Shown here: positions 53,173 through 62,802 of the stretch, one piece after another
How the letters are laid out: each line of letters begins with the position of its first letter
How positions within the stretch are numbered: position 1 is the first letter of the stretch
Origin: an uncultured Pseudomonadales bacterium
Lineage (GTDB): Bacteria > Pseudomonadota > Gammaproteobacteria > Pseudomonadales > UBA7434
Assembly: GCA_964504585.1 (NCBI GenBank)
Contig: CAZDEW010000001.1
Coordinates: forward strand, 95,868-159,867
Length of the DNA: 64,000 nt
Direction: 5' to 3'
Position numbers and translations under genes: made by a program
The notes under the pieces: generated by a model
The model's database searches: none
Told to the model about the DNA's origin: nothing
Seen by the model: the letters and a program-made list of their open reading frames with translations, nothing else

Positions 53173-54361
53173 TCCCCTTCCTTTCATAGACTTATAACAC
53201 CTTGAGCATTCGACTCTATGGGCCGTTCGTCCGACCCATAGTCGGCAGGCCTCTCCTCCGAGGGCTGACAAGACTAGCAAGTTCTGATATCTTCTAATCC
53301 CCCTTGGCTCCTAAATGGAAATTAGGAGTATCATAGTGAACAAGATAATAATTCTCATCGCTGCCATGGCGATGTCTTCTTATTCTGCAGCAGCATTACA
53401 TATCCGAGACCTTGACGGTGATTGGTCTAATGGTCATGAGGGTGTATATGACGATGTGCTGGATATAACTTGGTTAGCCGATGGCAACCTAGCATCAACC
53501 AATACTTTTTCTGTAACTGGCATTGATCTCCAAGGCCCCTTAATAGGTTTTATGAGTTGGTCAACTGCTGAAACGTTTGTTGATGCAGCAAACAGTTATA
53601 ACGGTTCGGGTTACCTCGCAGTAGATAGCTGGCGCCTGCCAACTGCATCAGGTTGCTTAGGTTTCAATTGCGGCAATTCCACTGCAGCTTCTGAGGATGA
53701 ATTTGGGTATCATTTTTACCAGAACTTTGGCGCTAGTGTGGGAAATTCAATTCTAGAGGGAACAAAGACCTACAATATCAACTTGTTTAATAACGTTAAA
53801 ACCTTTGGCTATTGGCTGGGAACTGAGCAGACTGAGGATACAGCGTATACGTTTGATGTTAGTCCAACTAGTGGCGGTGGAAACCAGGATTGGGATTTTA
53901 AATGGAATACACTAAACGTCTGGCTTGTTGCGGACGGAGATCATGGAGCTTCTGTTGTTCCTATTCCTACTACGGTCTGGCTTTTCTTGTCTGCACTGGG
54001 TGGATTGTTAGGAGTTAAACGCTATAGAGCAACCTGAGCAATAATAGACTCAGCAATTGGCCTAAATCGCAGCAGTACGAGCAAACGGGTACTATCTAAA
54101 CCCGAAAATTGACCCCAACCCAGCTACGGTTCGGTTTCAGCTCGGCGGACCACCATCAAACTTACTAGATACCCATAGAAAAAAGTCAACCCGGAAGAAA
54201 AATTATTCGCTGTCGGGTTCGGGTATGTTTCGGTTTCGGTCTAAGGGTGACCATCTTCAGGAATAAATCGTTACCTTTCTTGAGCTTATGGAGTTCGGTT
54301 CTTATTGTTAGCTGGACTCATAATCGGCAGGTCGAAGGTTCAAGTCCTTCCGGGCCCACCA
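53126..54361 (+). mobile_element. Integrase-less genomic islet in the tRNA, bounded by 47-bp direct repeats (53126-53172 and 54315-54361)
   Basis: Identical GACTCATAATCGGCAGGTCGAAGGTTCAAGTCCTTCCGGGCCCACCA at both ends; interior visibly AT-richer. Confidence 0.85.
53336..54037 (+). CDS. Secreted DUF1566/Lcl-like protein with VPLPA/PEP-CTERM-type sorting signal
   Basis: Signal peptide; YDDVLDITWLAD, WRLP, YW.GTE; C-terminus VPIPTTVWLFLSALGGLLGVKRYR; AGGAG RBS before GTG 53336. Confidence 0.78.
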   Translation: MNKIIILIAAMAMSSYSAAALHIRDLDGDWSNGHEGVYDDVLDITWLADGNLASTNTFSVTGIDLQGPLIGFMSWSTAETFVDAANSYNGSGYLAVDSWRLPTASGCLGFNCGNSTAASEDEFGYHFYQNFGASVGNSILEGTKTYNINLFNNVKTFGYWLGTEQTEDTAYTFDVSPTSGGGNQDWDFKWNTLNVWLVADGDHGASVVPIPTTVWLFLSALGGLLGVKRYRAT

Positions 54362-54421
54362 TTTACTACTCACTGATCTCCTTTTTGACAACAAACCTTC
54401 AACTACGGATACCAATCACTA

Positions 54422-55039
54422 ATGGCAGACATCGACTTATCAACCAATGAATTAAAAGCATCCTACGGCGTAGGGCTTCAAATGGGGCAGCAACTCAAGT
54501 CGATGTTTGAGCAAGTCTCTCTCGCAGCGGCGGTGGCAGGTGTCAAAGATGGTTTTAACAACCAGCAGCCGCGCGTTAATCCCGATGCGATCAACGAGGC
54601 GTTTCGCGTTATCCAGCAAGCAGCAGAAGCTGAAGCCGCCGCCAATGCCGAGAAGTATGCGAAGGAGGGGGAAGACTTTCTCGCTGAGAATGCAAAGCGC
54701 GATGAGATTACCGTTACAGATTCCGGCCTACAGTATGAGATTCTGGATGCGGGTAGCGGTGACAAACCTTCGGCTAGCTCGACGGTTAGAACTCACTACC
54801 GAGGCACGCTCATCAATGGCGAAGAGTTCGACAGCTCTTACAGCAGGGGAGAGCCGACAGAGTTCCCGGTTAATGGTGTGATTGCAGGTTGGACCGAGGC
54901 TTTGCAGCTGATGCCAGTGGGTTCTAAATGGAAGCTTTATATTCCCTATCAGCTCGCCTACGGTGAGCGTGGTGCGGGTGGCGCTATCGGCCCTTATCAG
55001 GCGTTAATTTTTGAAATCGAGCTTATCGCCATTCTTTAG
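54422..55039 (+). CDS. fklB: FKBP-type peptidyl-prolyl isomerase (FklB/FKBP22-like)
   Basis: ASYGVG, FLAENAKR, SGLQY, HYRGTL, FDSS..RG.P, VI.GWTEAL. Confidence 0.9.
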   Translation: MADIDLSTNELKASYGVGLQMGQQLKSMFEQVSLAAAVAGVKDGFNNQQPRVNPDAINEAFRVIQQAAEAEAAANAEKYAKEGEDFLAENAKRDEITVTDSGLQYEILDAGSGDKPSASSTVRTHYRGTLINGEEFDSSYSRGEPTEFPVNGVIAGWTEALQLMPVGSKWKLYIPYQLAYGERGAGGAIGPYQALIFEIELIAIL

Positions 55040-55181
55040 ACGCCGCGATCTACGTTCGAGAAATTGGCCTTGAAAAAGCTGCAATTAATGCTGCGCGGGC
55101 CTATACCGCTGGCATCTTCATCAAAAGACTTCCGGATCTCTGGTGACTGATTGCATCGGCCGCCAGAGATTGCTCTCTACC

Positions 55182-58100
55182 TCATAGGGAGTTGAGGAAG
55201 TCTAACAGTGCGTCCTTATCGCTTTGAGACAGCGCATCATACGCTGCCTGTGATGCGGCGGCTTCGCCTCCGTGCCACATGATGGCTTCCTCAATCGTTC
55301 TAGCACGGCCATCATGCAGATAACCGATACGATTAACATCGTTAGGATCGATAGGTTGCGTTACCGAATCGTTAGCCTTAACGTCACCCAGCATCACGCT
55401 TCGTGCATGCCCTAATCCCCATAGCGGCGCAGTACGCCACTCTGCGCCATTGGCGCTACCTTCACCAAGGCTGTCTGCCAGGCCAGGCCCCATATCATGC
55501 AGCAACATATCGGTGTACGGGTGAATGGTCTGGTTACGCAGCTCGTTCAACGGGTGATAGGCACTTGTGGTGTAGGTGTCTCGGTGACAGTTCTCACAGC
55601 CAATGTTATTAAATATTGTCTCTCCAGCGGTCTCTGCGTAGTCGCGACGGGCGCCGACACCGAGCAGGCCAATGTATTTAACAAGGACTTCCAGATCTGC
55701 ATCAGATAGCTCGGCGCCGGAGGAGCCGCAGCTTGTTTGTGCACTACCGCAGTCAGGATTTGGAAGTACGCTTGTCATAACCCCAATGTCGGTATTCAGT
55801 GCTGATGCGACCTGATGTTCCAGGCTTGATGTCGATGCTTTGTAACCGAATCTGCCCAGACGCGACACGCCAGTCACGGGATCAATGACCTGCGATGCGC
55901 GGCCTGAAATACCATCGCTGTTGGAATCAGTCGGGTCTTCTCGTTCCAGAATTTGTGATTCTGGTATCGCTTCCAATAAGCCCATGCCCACCAGTTGAGG
56001 TGCAATCCTCGCCGAGAACCTGGCAGGTGCCCCATTGGTAAAGACATAGTTCGGTGAGCGCAGACCGTTGGGTAGATCCGTCCACGGGCCAAGGGTGACA
56101 TCGCCTTCACTGCCAGCGCCGGTTTGATTCGGTTGCAGCACGCTGCCGATTGCGGGGTCTGGATTGCCACTGCTGTCGCCGACCTTGAATACCCATTTAT
56201 CGAGATCCTGGCCAACATCTGCGACCAGGGCGCGGCCGTTGCGAACGTGGCAGTTGGCGCAGGACGTGTTGATGTAGTGATTGCCAGCCTTGCCAACCTG
56301 CTGCGGCCATATTGGATTTTCGTCGCGCTCGTCGTGGCTGCCATCAATGAAGTTCGTGTGGTGAACACGTCGACCTTCAACAAATGGCTGTGCATTGATA
56401 TGGCTTAAGTTGGTTGCCATTTGCATAAAGCGGCCAGCGGGCTCTTCGCTGTAGTTGTAGCCTAGCGTGGTGGCGCCGCCCAGCAAGCCAGCTGCAGGAA
56501 TGGGTGTGCCGTCGTTGACGCTGAAGGCATTGTTAACCCCGCGTTCCCATTCAAATGGAGCAAGACCTGGCGTGCCGATGACGTAGACATAGGAGGTGCC
56601 GTAGTAATTCAGGCGGGTCCCTGAAGGTGGATTCAGCAGAAACTGGCTGATCTCAAACTCCATATTGACGCCAACCTGAAGCGGTTCATTGAAGGTCGCG
56701 ACATTCTTCCATTGCTCGGTAATGTCGACGGTGTATTTGTATTGGATGCCTGAGTTGCTAATTTTATTGAAGTCGTCGTCGAAGGTTCCGCTATCAACCT
56801 CCACCGCAGTTGGGTTGAAGTGGAATTGTCCGGTTGTGGTCACGCCCGAGAACCACACTCTAAACTCCCTCGCGCCAAGTTGGGCTTCGGTGATATAGGT
56901 TGCTCTGATCAGGCTAGTACCGTTGGGTACGTGATCCTCCAGCTGGATGCGCGCAGTACGGTAATGCCAGTACTCAGCGAGATAGTGATCATAGTGATCC
57001 CAGTTGGTGCCACCGTAGTAGCCAATGTCCTTAGCGTGCCTGTCGCGACCGCGGTCGCCAAAGCGAGTGACGACGACGCCGTCTCCGCGCACAAATGAGG
57101 TCACCGGCTCCAAGACTGTTGTCGCATCAAACAGTGGCGTGTAGAGCTGGGTGTAGGCAACGATATGCCATGACCCATTCAGGTTGTCTCCATTGGTCTC
57201 TCCCGCCGCGTTATCGCCTGCGTAGTAGTAGAGAGGCCGACCATTATGAGTTGCCTGTATCGAGTTGTCGTTGCGAACGATTGTACCCAGGTCGTTGACA
57301 CCGGTTGCAACGCCATCGGTAACTAACACAGGCGGCCATGCGGTCGCGCAGCTACCGTTACACGTGCTGGTTCCTGGCGCGGCGAGGTCATCATCGAAAA
57401 CATACAAGGCGAAGCCTGGCTGACTGCCGCCGGTGCCGCCAACCAAAATGCCATTGACCGACGAGACCTCATTGACGGGTATCACAACGATACATCCTGT
57501 GCTATCGACAACAGAGTTCGCAGGCGTGTTCGGACAGAGGTCTGCGCTGTCGGGCACCCCATCGTTATCGGAGTCAACAACAACACAACCTGTCGCATCT
57601 ACCGTGCTGCCTAGTGGAGTGTTGGGGCATTGATCATTCGCATCGTCAACACCGTCGCTGTCGGAGTCTGGACAGCCGTTGGCGAACACTGCGGTTCCAG
57701 GCGGGGTTCCAGCGCATTGATCTGCTGAGTCATCAATACCGTCCCCATCCTCATCGGCTGCTGCCAAGCCATACACTTCGATTTCCCAGATAGAGTAGCC
57801 GTAAACACTCGTACGGGTAGTGCCGTACATGCGCAGGTACTGGTAGCTGCCTGTGAGAGCGACGGTATCAGTTCGGTTACCAAACTGGCCGCCTGTTTCA
57901 TAACTAATCGTCGTCCAGTTAATGCCATCAACCGACCCCTGCATCTCATAAGTCGCGGCGTTAGCGGCTTCCCAATGAATAATGGTTTCTGTGAGCGCAT
58001 AGGTGGCCCCTAGATCAAGCGCGAGCCATTGGGGGTCGCCCTGAAAACCGTCGGTGCCCCAGCGTGAGCTCATATTGCCGTCGTAAGCTTTGTCGGGGCC

Positions 58101-58895
58101 GAAATTGCCGGTGCCATTGCTGGCGGTCGCGCTTGCAATGGTAAGCAGCTGCGGCATTGGCGGTGGCACAGGAATCTCGGCGACCAATTGGATGCGTGTC
58201 GCTGAGCCACCCATCAACGCAAATGGAGCAAACGCTAATATCCCAACCGCCAACGTTGTGGCGTGTCGACGTTGCATGCTCTTTGAGCCAAAACCGGCGA
58301 ACAGCGCCGCCAGTGCTGCTAAGCCCAGTGCGCCAAGCATCGGTACATTCATTTCAATAACTGGATCGCCCGGCAATGAATCGGCGCTATTGGGGTTGGA
58401 GCCAAAGGCTGTTTCCAGCGAGTCGCTGACGCCGTCGCCATCGCTATCAAGACCACCGGGATCAGGCGATGGTATGCCGACGCCAACAAAACCCTGTGCT
58501 GATGGAGCAGTGGCGACCACTTCGAGTGGCACGCTAATCTCGACGTCAACGGCTTGACCGTTCACCGTTCCCGAGACGGTGATGCCAAGGTCGCCGACTG
58601 CGCCGATCATCGCGGAGGGGGCAACCGCAAAGTCGACTGCTGCGAGGTCGCTGCCTCCCGCCGCCACCGATGCAGGCACAATGCTCGCGCTTGCGCTCGT
58701 TACGATACCAGGCGCCGTGCTGTTCACGCTGATCGCATCGTAGCTGTCGCCCGCGTTTAAATTGCGAAGCAATATGTAGACGGTATTGTTAACGCTATCG
58801 GCTTCGACATCGTAGGCAGTGACTGATGCCGGCGCGACTAAGCTGCAAATGCTCCAGAAAATAAACAGGGCGTTACGGATAAAAGTGGAAGGCAT
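55182..58895 (-). CDS. Multidomain secreted di-heme oxidoreductase (DHOR/DUF1111-like) with discoidin (F5/8C), TSP3-type and Lipoprotein_15-type repeats
   Basis: Signal peptide; AYDGN.SSRW/W..LDLG discoidin; three D.D.DG..D..D.CP.TP repeats; LYVFD.D/C...CA..WPP/PLYYY..D; CANCH (56247-56261) and CENCH (55584-55598); WRTAPLWG, LHDGRART. Confidence 0.85.
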   Translation of the reverse strand: MPSTFIRNALFIFWSICSLVAPASVTAYDVEADSVNNTVYILLRNLNAGDSYDAISVNSTAPGIVTSASASIVPASVAAGGSDLAAVDFAVAPSAMIGAVGDLGITVSGTVNGQAVDVEISVPLEVVATAPSAQGFVGVGIPSPDPGGLDSDGDGVSDSLETAFGSNPNSADSLPGDPVIEMNVPMLGALGLAALAALFAGFGSKSMQRRHATTLAVGILAFAPFALMGGSATRIQLVAEIPVPPPMPQLLTIASATASNGTGNFGPDKAYDGNMSSRWGTDGFQGDPQWLALDLGATYALTETIIHWEAANAATYEMQGSVDGINWTTISYETGGQFGNRTDTVALTGSYQYLRMYGTTRTSVYGYSIWEIEVYGLAAADEDGDGIDDSADQCAGTPPGTAVFANGCPDSDSDGVDDANDQCPNTPLGSTVDATGCVVVDSDNDGVPDSADLCPNTPANSVVDSTGCIVVIPVNEVSSVNGILVGGTGGSQPGFALYVFDDDLAAPGTSTCNGSCATAWPPVLVTDGVATGVNDLGTIVRNDNSIQATHNGRPLYYYAGDNAAGETNGDNLNGSWHIVAYTQLYTPLFDATTVLEPVTSFVRGDGVVVTRFGDRGRDRHAKDIGYYGGTNWDHYDHYLAEYWHYRTARIQLEDHVPNGTSLIRATYITEAQLGAREFRVWFSGVTTTGQFHFNPTAVEVDSGTFDDDFNKISNSGIQYKYTVDITEQWKNVATFNEPLQVGVNMEFEISQFLLNPPSGTRLNYYGTSYVYVIGTPGLAPFEWERGVNNAFSVNDGTPIPAAGLLGGATTLGYNYSEEPAGRFMQMATNLSHINAQPFVEGRRVHHTNFIDGSHDERDENPIWPQQVGKAGNHYINTSCANCHVRNGRALVADVGQDLDKWVFKVGDSSGNPDPAIGSVLQPNQTGAGSEGDVTLGPWTDLPNGLRSPNYVFTNGAPARFSARIAPQLVGMGLLEAIPESQILEREDPTDSNSDGISGRASQVIDPVTGVSRLGRFGYKASTSSLEHQVASALNTDIGVMTSVLPNPDCGSAQTSCGSSGAELSDADLEVLVKYIGLLGVGARRDYAETAGETIFNNIGCENCHRDTYTTSAYHPLNELRNQTIHPYTDMLLHDMGPGLADSLGEGSANGAEWRTAPLWGLGHARSVMLGDVKANDSVTQPIDPNDVNRIGYLHDGRARTIEEAIMWHGGEAAASQAAYDALSQSDKDALLDFLNSL

Positions 58896-59283
58896 GAGCT
58901 TGGTTCCTGCGGTGTAATTCTTATGGTCGGCCTATCTATAACGCCTAAGGGATTTTTGTAACGCCACTAAATTCCATGGAAGCGAGGCAAATAAACACCA
59001 TCTTGTGACCTTTCATTATAGACGCCGCGTTATGCAAGGTTCTATGCAGCACTGATAACTCCTAGATGAAGCGGTCATCCTGTAAGTTAAAGCCCTTAAC
59101 GGCGTTATGCTAGCGCGGAGAATCATCGGGTTTTGCCCGCGAACCCTGCTCAACGGCATTGCATCAGAAAACAGTTGTTCGCTCTCGCCAGAGGGAACGC
59201 AGGCGCTATAGCGCTGTGAGTTTGATTCCGTCACTTAACGGGTTAGACTCGATCTGCGTGGAACAGTAAATTGCAGGTAAATT

Positions 59284-60303
59284 ATGGCGAGTGAAACCAT
59301 CTTAATAACAGGCGCAACCGGCAAACAGGGCGGGGCGGTGATCAATGCGCTGATCGAAAGCGCCCCGGACGACGTTGCGCTGAGAGTATTTGTGCGTGAT
59401 GCCGCAGCGGATTCCGTTAAGGCTTTAGCAGCCAAAGGTGTAGAAGTCGCCGTCGGCGATATGGACGACCTGCCGAGTGTCGAGCAAGCTCTCGAGGGGG
59501 TGAGCCGTGTTTTTCTGTTGACGCGCTTTAATTTAATGGCCGGCGAGAGCCCATCCGATGAGGCTCGGCGTGGCCTGAACTTTGTCGAGGCATTAAAAAA
59601 ACAGGACGGCCTCAGACAGATACTTTATTCGACTCTGCCCTTCGGCGAAAACTATGATGAAGGCGAAGGAAAGCACATCATTCAACAGGCTCTGGTTGAC
59701 GCCGGGTTACCGGTAGCAACCGTACTACCGTCTTTCTATCTGGAAAACTTTATCGATACCTGGCCTGCCGTTCGCAAAGATGACGCCAACGATTCGCAAT
59801 TAGTTTGGGGCTGGCTGCCGTCTGATAACCCTTTGACTATGCCGCACGTTGCCATCCGCGATTTCGGAGTTGCTGTTGCTGCGATGCTATGTGCCGAGCC
59901 TAAAGAAACACTCGGTAAGCATCATACGATGATAAGCAGTGATTTATCGCTCGAAGATTTCATTGCCCAGCTGGCGCAAAAACTGGATGTTCAAATCGAT
60001 TATGAGCCGATGACGAAGAACGCGCTCAAAAATTTGATGTTCCCGCCTGCGATTGTAGAAACGTTTCGCTACTACGGAGAGCTATGGAATCAACGGCAGG
60101 GCGGCACAATGGAGGCATTTCAGTGCCTCTTGCCAGGCGTCGATACCATACCCGAGGCCATGGCTGAGACCCAGCGATGGTGCCAGGGCAACTTACAGTC
60201 TATCGATAGCTGGCTTGAAGAAAACGAAACGGCACTGGCGCAATACGGCGAACAAAAACAGCTTATGGGTATGGCTTTTGCGCATGCGGTTGCAAACGGT
60301 TAA
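59284..60303 (+). CDS. NmrA-like NAD(P)-binding protein
   Basis: ILITGATGKQGGAV, V.GD.DD, P.FY.ENF. Confidence 0.85.
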   Translation: MASETILITGATGKQGGAVINALIESAPDDVALRVFVRDAAADSVKALAAKGVEVAVGDMDDLPSVEQALEGVSRVFLLTRFNLMAGESPSDEARRGLNFVEALKKQDGLRQILYSTLPFGENYDEGEGKHIIQQALVDAGLPVATVLPSFYLENFIDTWPAVRKDDANDSQLVWGWLPSDNPLTMPHVAIRDFGVAVAAMLCAEPKETLGKHHTMISSDLSLEDFIAQLAQKLDVQIDYEPMTKNALKNLMFPPAIVETFRYYGELWNQRQGGTMEAFQCLLPGVDTIPEAMAETQRWCQGNLQSIDSWLEENETALAQYGEQKQLMGMAFAHAVANG

Positions 60304-60341
60304 TGCTGTATTGGCATTCAAACGATACAGGCTAAATTAAG

Positions 60342-60368
60342 GCAGTGAGTGTGAATGCACTGTTTTTT
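60342..60368 (+). terminator. Probable terminator after NmrA-like gene
   Basis: gcagtg...cactgt followed by T run; short stem, large loop. Confidence 0.5.
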
Positions 60369-60469
60369 GAAGGTAGACGATTTAGAAAAAGCATAAGCTC
60401 GCCAATGCTTCGCACGCCGTATCTTGTATCGAGCCATCTAAGATGCGAAACAAGGCAGTTTGAATAGCG

Positions 60470-61219
60470 CTAGCTTGAGAGGCTCTTGGTGCTATCAGCG
60501 ATACTGTCGTTCGATGCTATCGAAGCGCCGCCACTGCGATAACGCTGACGGGTTTCATCGCTCCACTTGTCGACTTCATCGCGGCTAAAATCCCAGGTGA
60601 GTCCGCGCTCTACACCCGGCCGTGCTCGAACGCGCTCTACCCAATCGACAACATTGCTATGGCCAGTGATATCGATCTTGCTCCATTTCCAGCCACGCAC
60701 CCAGGGGTAAGATGCAATATCAGCGATAGTAAAATGCTCTCCGCAGATATAAGACTTACCTTCCAGCTGCTTATTAAGCACGGTTAGAAGCCGCTGCGCC
60801 TCGTTGTTAAAGCGCTGCAGTGGGTGCGCTTTTTGTTCTGCCGGGACGTCATCCATGTAACGTGTATAGCTCAGTTTATTGCCAAAGTTTGGACCCAGAT
60901 TCGCCGCCTGCCAAAACAACCACTGAATCACTTCCCATCTGCTCTCATCTTGTGGAAGCAGTGAAGACGGAAACTTTTCAGCGAGGTACAGCAGAATAGC
61001 GCAACTCTCCATGAGGGTTTTGTCACCGTCTCGGAGCCCCGGTATTTTCTGGTTTGGACTGACGGCTGTGAAAGCGTCTGTGAACTGATCCCTATTAAAT
61101 AGATCAACCACTTTCAGTTCGATCTCTGGCAGTGCGACGCCCGCTTCCCGAAGCTCCTCAATCATGATGGTGATCTTCCAGCCATTGGGAGTAGGGGAAG
61201 TCCAGAGTTCCATGCTCAC
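60470..61219 (-). CDS. Glutathione S-transferase, YfcG/YghU (Nu class)-like
   Basis: TPNGWK, SPNQKIP, ESCAILLYLAEK, FTIADIA.YPW. Confidence 0.88.
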   Translation of the reverse strand: MSMELWTSPTPNGWKITIMIEELREAGVALPEIELKVVDLFNRDQFTDAFTAVSPNQKIPGLRDGDKTLMESCAILLYLAEKFPSSLLPQDESRWEVIQWLFWQAANLGPNFGNKLSYTRYMDDVPAEQKAHPLQRFNNEAQRLLTVLNKQLEGKSYICGEHFTIADIASYPWVRGWKWSKIDITGHSNVVDWVERVRARPGVERGLTWDFSRDEVDKWSDETRQRYRSGGASIASNDSIADSTKSLSS

Positions 61220-61740
61220 GATTGGGCAACCCTCAGCTGAGCCAGAAAATCCATTTTTCCGAGCGGTACGCCATGTTGACGGAGCATGGTATAAGTCGTT
61301 GTCGAATGAAAATAAAAGTTGGGAAGTGCGAATGAGAGTAGAAAACCTTCGCTGGTAAAAGGAATCTCCATGCCGCCCATCTTGAAAATAACGGGCTTTC
61401 CAGTAAGGCTATTAATGTCCTCAGGTTTTAGTGCCTGCAGTTCATCAATGGCTTCGTTTACCAGTGTCTGGCAGGCTGCATAGTCCATATCCCTCATTTT
61501 AGGGGGAGGGGCGAACTCACCCGCCTTGACGCCCTTGATGGCGTTAAGCGATTGATGCCATACCGAAATAACCTGAAAGCTGAACGGAAGCATGTCGTCT
61601 CTCAATCTAAATTTCACTAGCTCGTCTAAATCTAGTGTGCCTGCCGCCGCCTGTTCCGCGCCTTTGTCGAGAACGCCCCTAACGCCGCCTAAAATTTGAA
61701 GGTATGAGGTGACGCTGGTTTCATACAGTGAAAGAGACAT
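61216..61740 (-). CDS. DUF1993 family protein
   Basis: RL..DMLPF.FQ, F.LPNFYFH.TT.Y..LR..GVPLGK.DF. Confidence 0.88.
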   Translation of the reverse strand: MSLSLYETSVTSYLQILGGVRGVLDKGAEQAAAGTLDLDELVKFRLRDDMLPFSFQVISVWHQSLNAIKGVKAGEFAPPPKMRDMDYAACQTLVNEAIDELQALKPEDINSLTGKPVIFKMGGMEIPFTSEGFLLSFALPNFYFHSTTTYTMLRQHGVPLGKMDFLAQLRVAQS

Positions 61741-62006
61741 ATAGAGTTTCCTTTTAATTGAAATGCTATCTGCAGATGGTTATAACGCTAAGCTTAAAGC
61801 GAATTACGGATAAGATCAAAAAGCGGGTTAACTCTCTCGATTAAAAATGAGTTGGCCCCCTGACTTTGAGAGCAATGCATTCTAATCATACCTGCGATGA
61901 TTGCCATCGATCAGCTATCTGTAACTCTTTTCTAGTCTGGCTCCCATATGGCTTATTTCTGTTATAAGCTTCTTGGTTTTAAAGCCCAAATATAAAGGTG
62001 TTTAGC

Positions 62007-62786
62007 ATGCCAAGAGTCAATTTAGAAGGAAGTTCGGCCATCGTTACCGGCGGTGCCTCTGGTATCGGTGAAGCAACAGCGCGACAGCTTGCGGCTGCCG
62101 GTGCCAAAGTGGTTGTCGCAGATCTAAACGAGGAAAAGGGCAGTCAGGTTGCCAGCGAAATTGGCGGCGTTTTCGTCAAGTGTGATGTCACTAAAACTGA
62201 AGACGCCGACGCAGCGGTCGCCGCGGCAGTCGCGCTGGGGCCGCTGCGAAGCTGCGTTAACTCAGCGGGTATTGGTTTGCCGGCGCGGACCATCGATCGC
62301 AACAACGAGCCAATGCCGTTAGACGGTTTTAGCGTCGTCATCAACATTAACCTGATTGGAACTTTCAACGTGCTCAGCCGTGCTGCAGCGGCAATGGCAA
62401 AAACCGAGCCTATGAACGAAGATGGCGCGCGCGGTGCGATCGTAAATATGGCTTCGGTAGCAGCGTTTGACGGGCAGATCGGTCAGGCGGCCTACTCGGC
62501 CTCCAAAGGTGGCGTTGCGGGAATGACGCTACCTATTGCACGCGATTTAAGTTCGGTTGGTATCAGAGTGAATACGGTCGCGCCCGGTTTGATCGACACA
62601 CCAATCTACGGTGAGGGCGAACAATCCGAGGCATTCAAGGCCAAGTTGGGCGCATCGGTTTTATTTCCGCATCGCCTTGGTCATGCTGAAGAGCTGGCGT
62701 TCACGGTGATGGAGTGCATTACCAACCCCTATATGAATGCAGAGGTGATTCGCATGGATGGCGGGATCCGCATGCCTCCGAAGTAA
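62007..62786 (+). CDS. SDR oxidoreductase, HSD10/type II 3-hydroxyacyl-CoA dehydrogenase-like
   Basis: [46 protein letters not shown]. Confidence 0.9.
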   Translation: MPRVNLEGSSAIVTGGASGIGEATARQLAAAGAKVVVADLNEEKGSQVASEIGGVFVKCDVTKTEDADAAVAAAVALGPLRSCVNSAGIGLPARTIDRNNEPMPLDGFSVVININLIGTFNVLSRAAAAMAKTEPMNEDGARGAIVNMASVAAFDGQIGQAAYSASKGGVAGMTLPIARDLSSVGIRVNTVAPGLIDTPIYGEGEQSEAFKAKLGASVLFPHRLGHAEELAFTVMECITNPYMNAEVIRMDGGIRMPPK

Positions 62787-62802
62787 TTCGACGGCGCTGC
62801 AA

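Noticed and set aside
54315-54361. Second tRNA gene
   Set aside because: Only the 3' 47 nt are present, with no D arm or 5' acceptor strand; it is an att repeat.
58935-59110. attC-like inverted ends (TAACGCC..TAAGGG / CCCTTAACGGCGTTATGC) upstream of the DHOR gene
   Set aside because: Span ~175 bp, R/L box spacing is wrong, no second attC or integron integrase; the same TATAACGC occurs ~40 bp upstream of the DUF1993 gene, so it is better explained as a -10 region.
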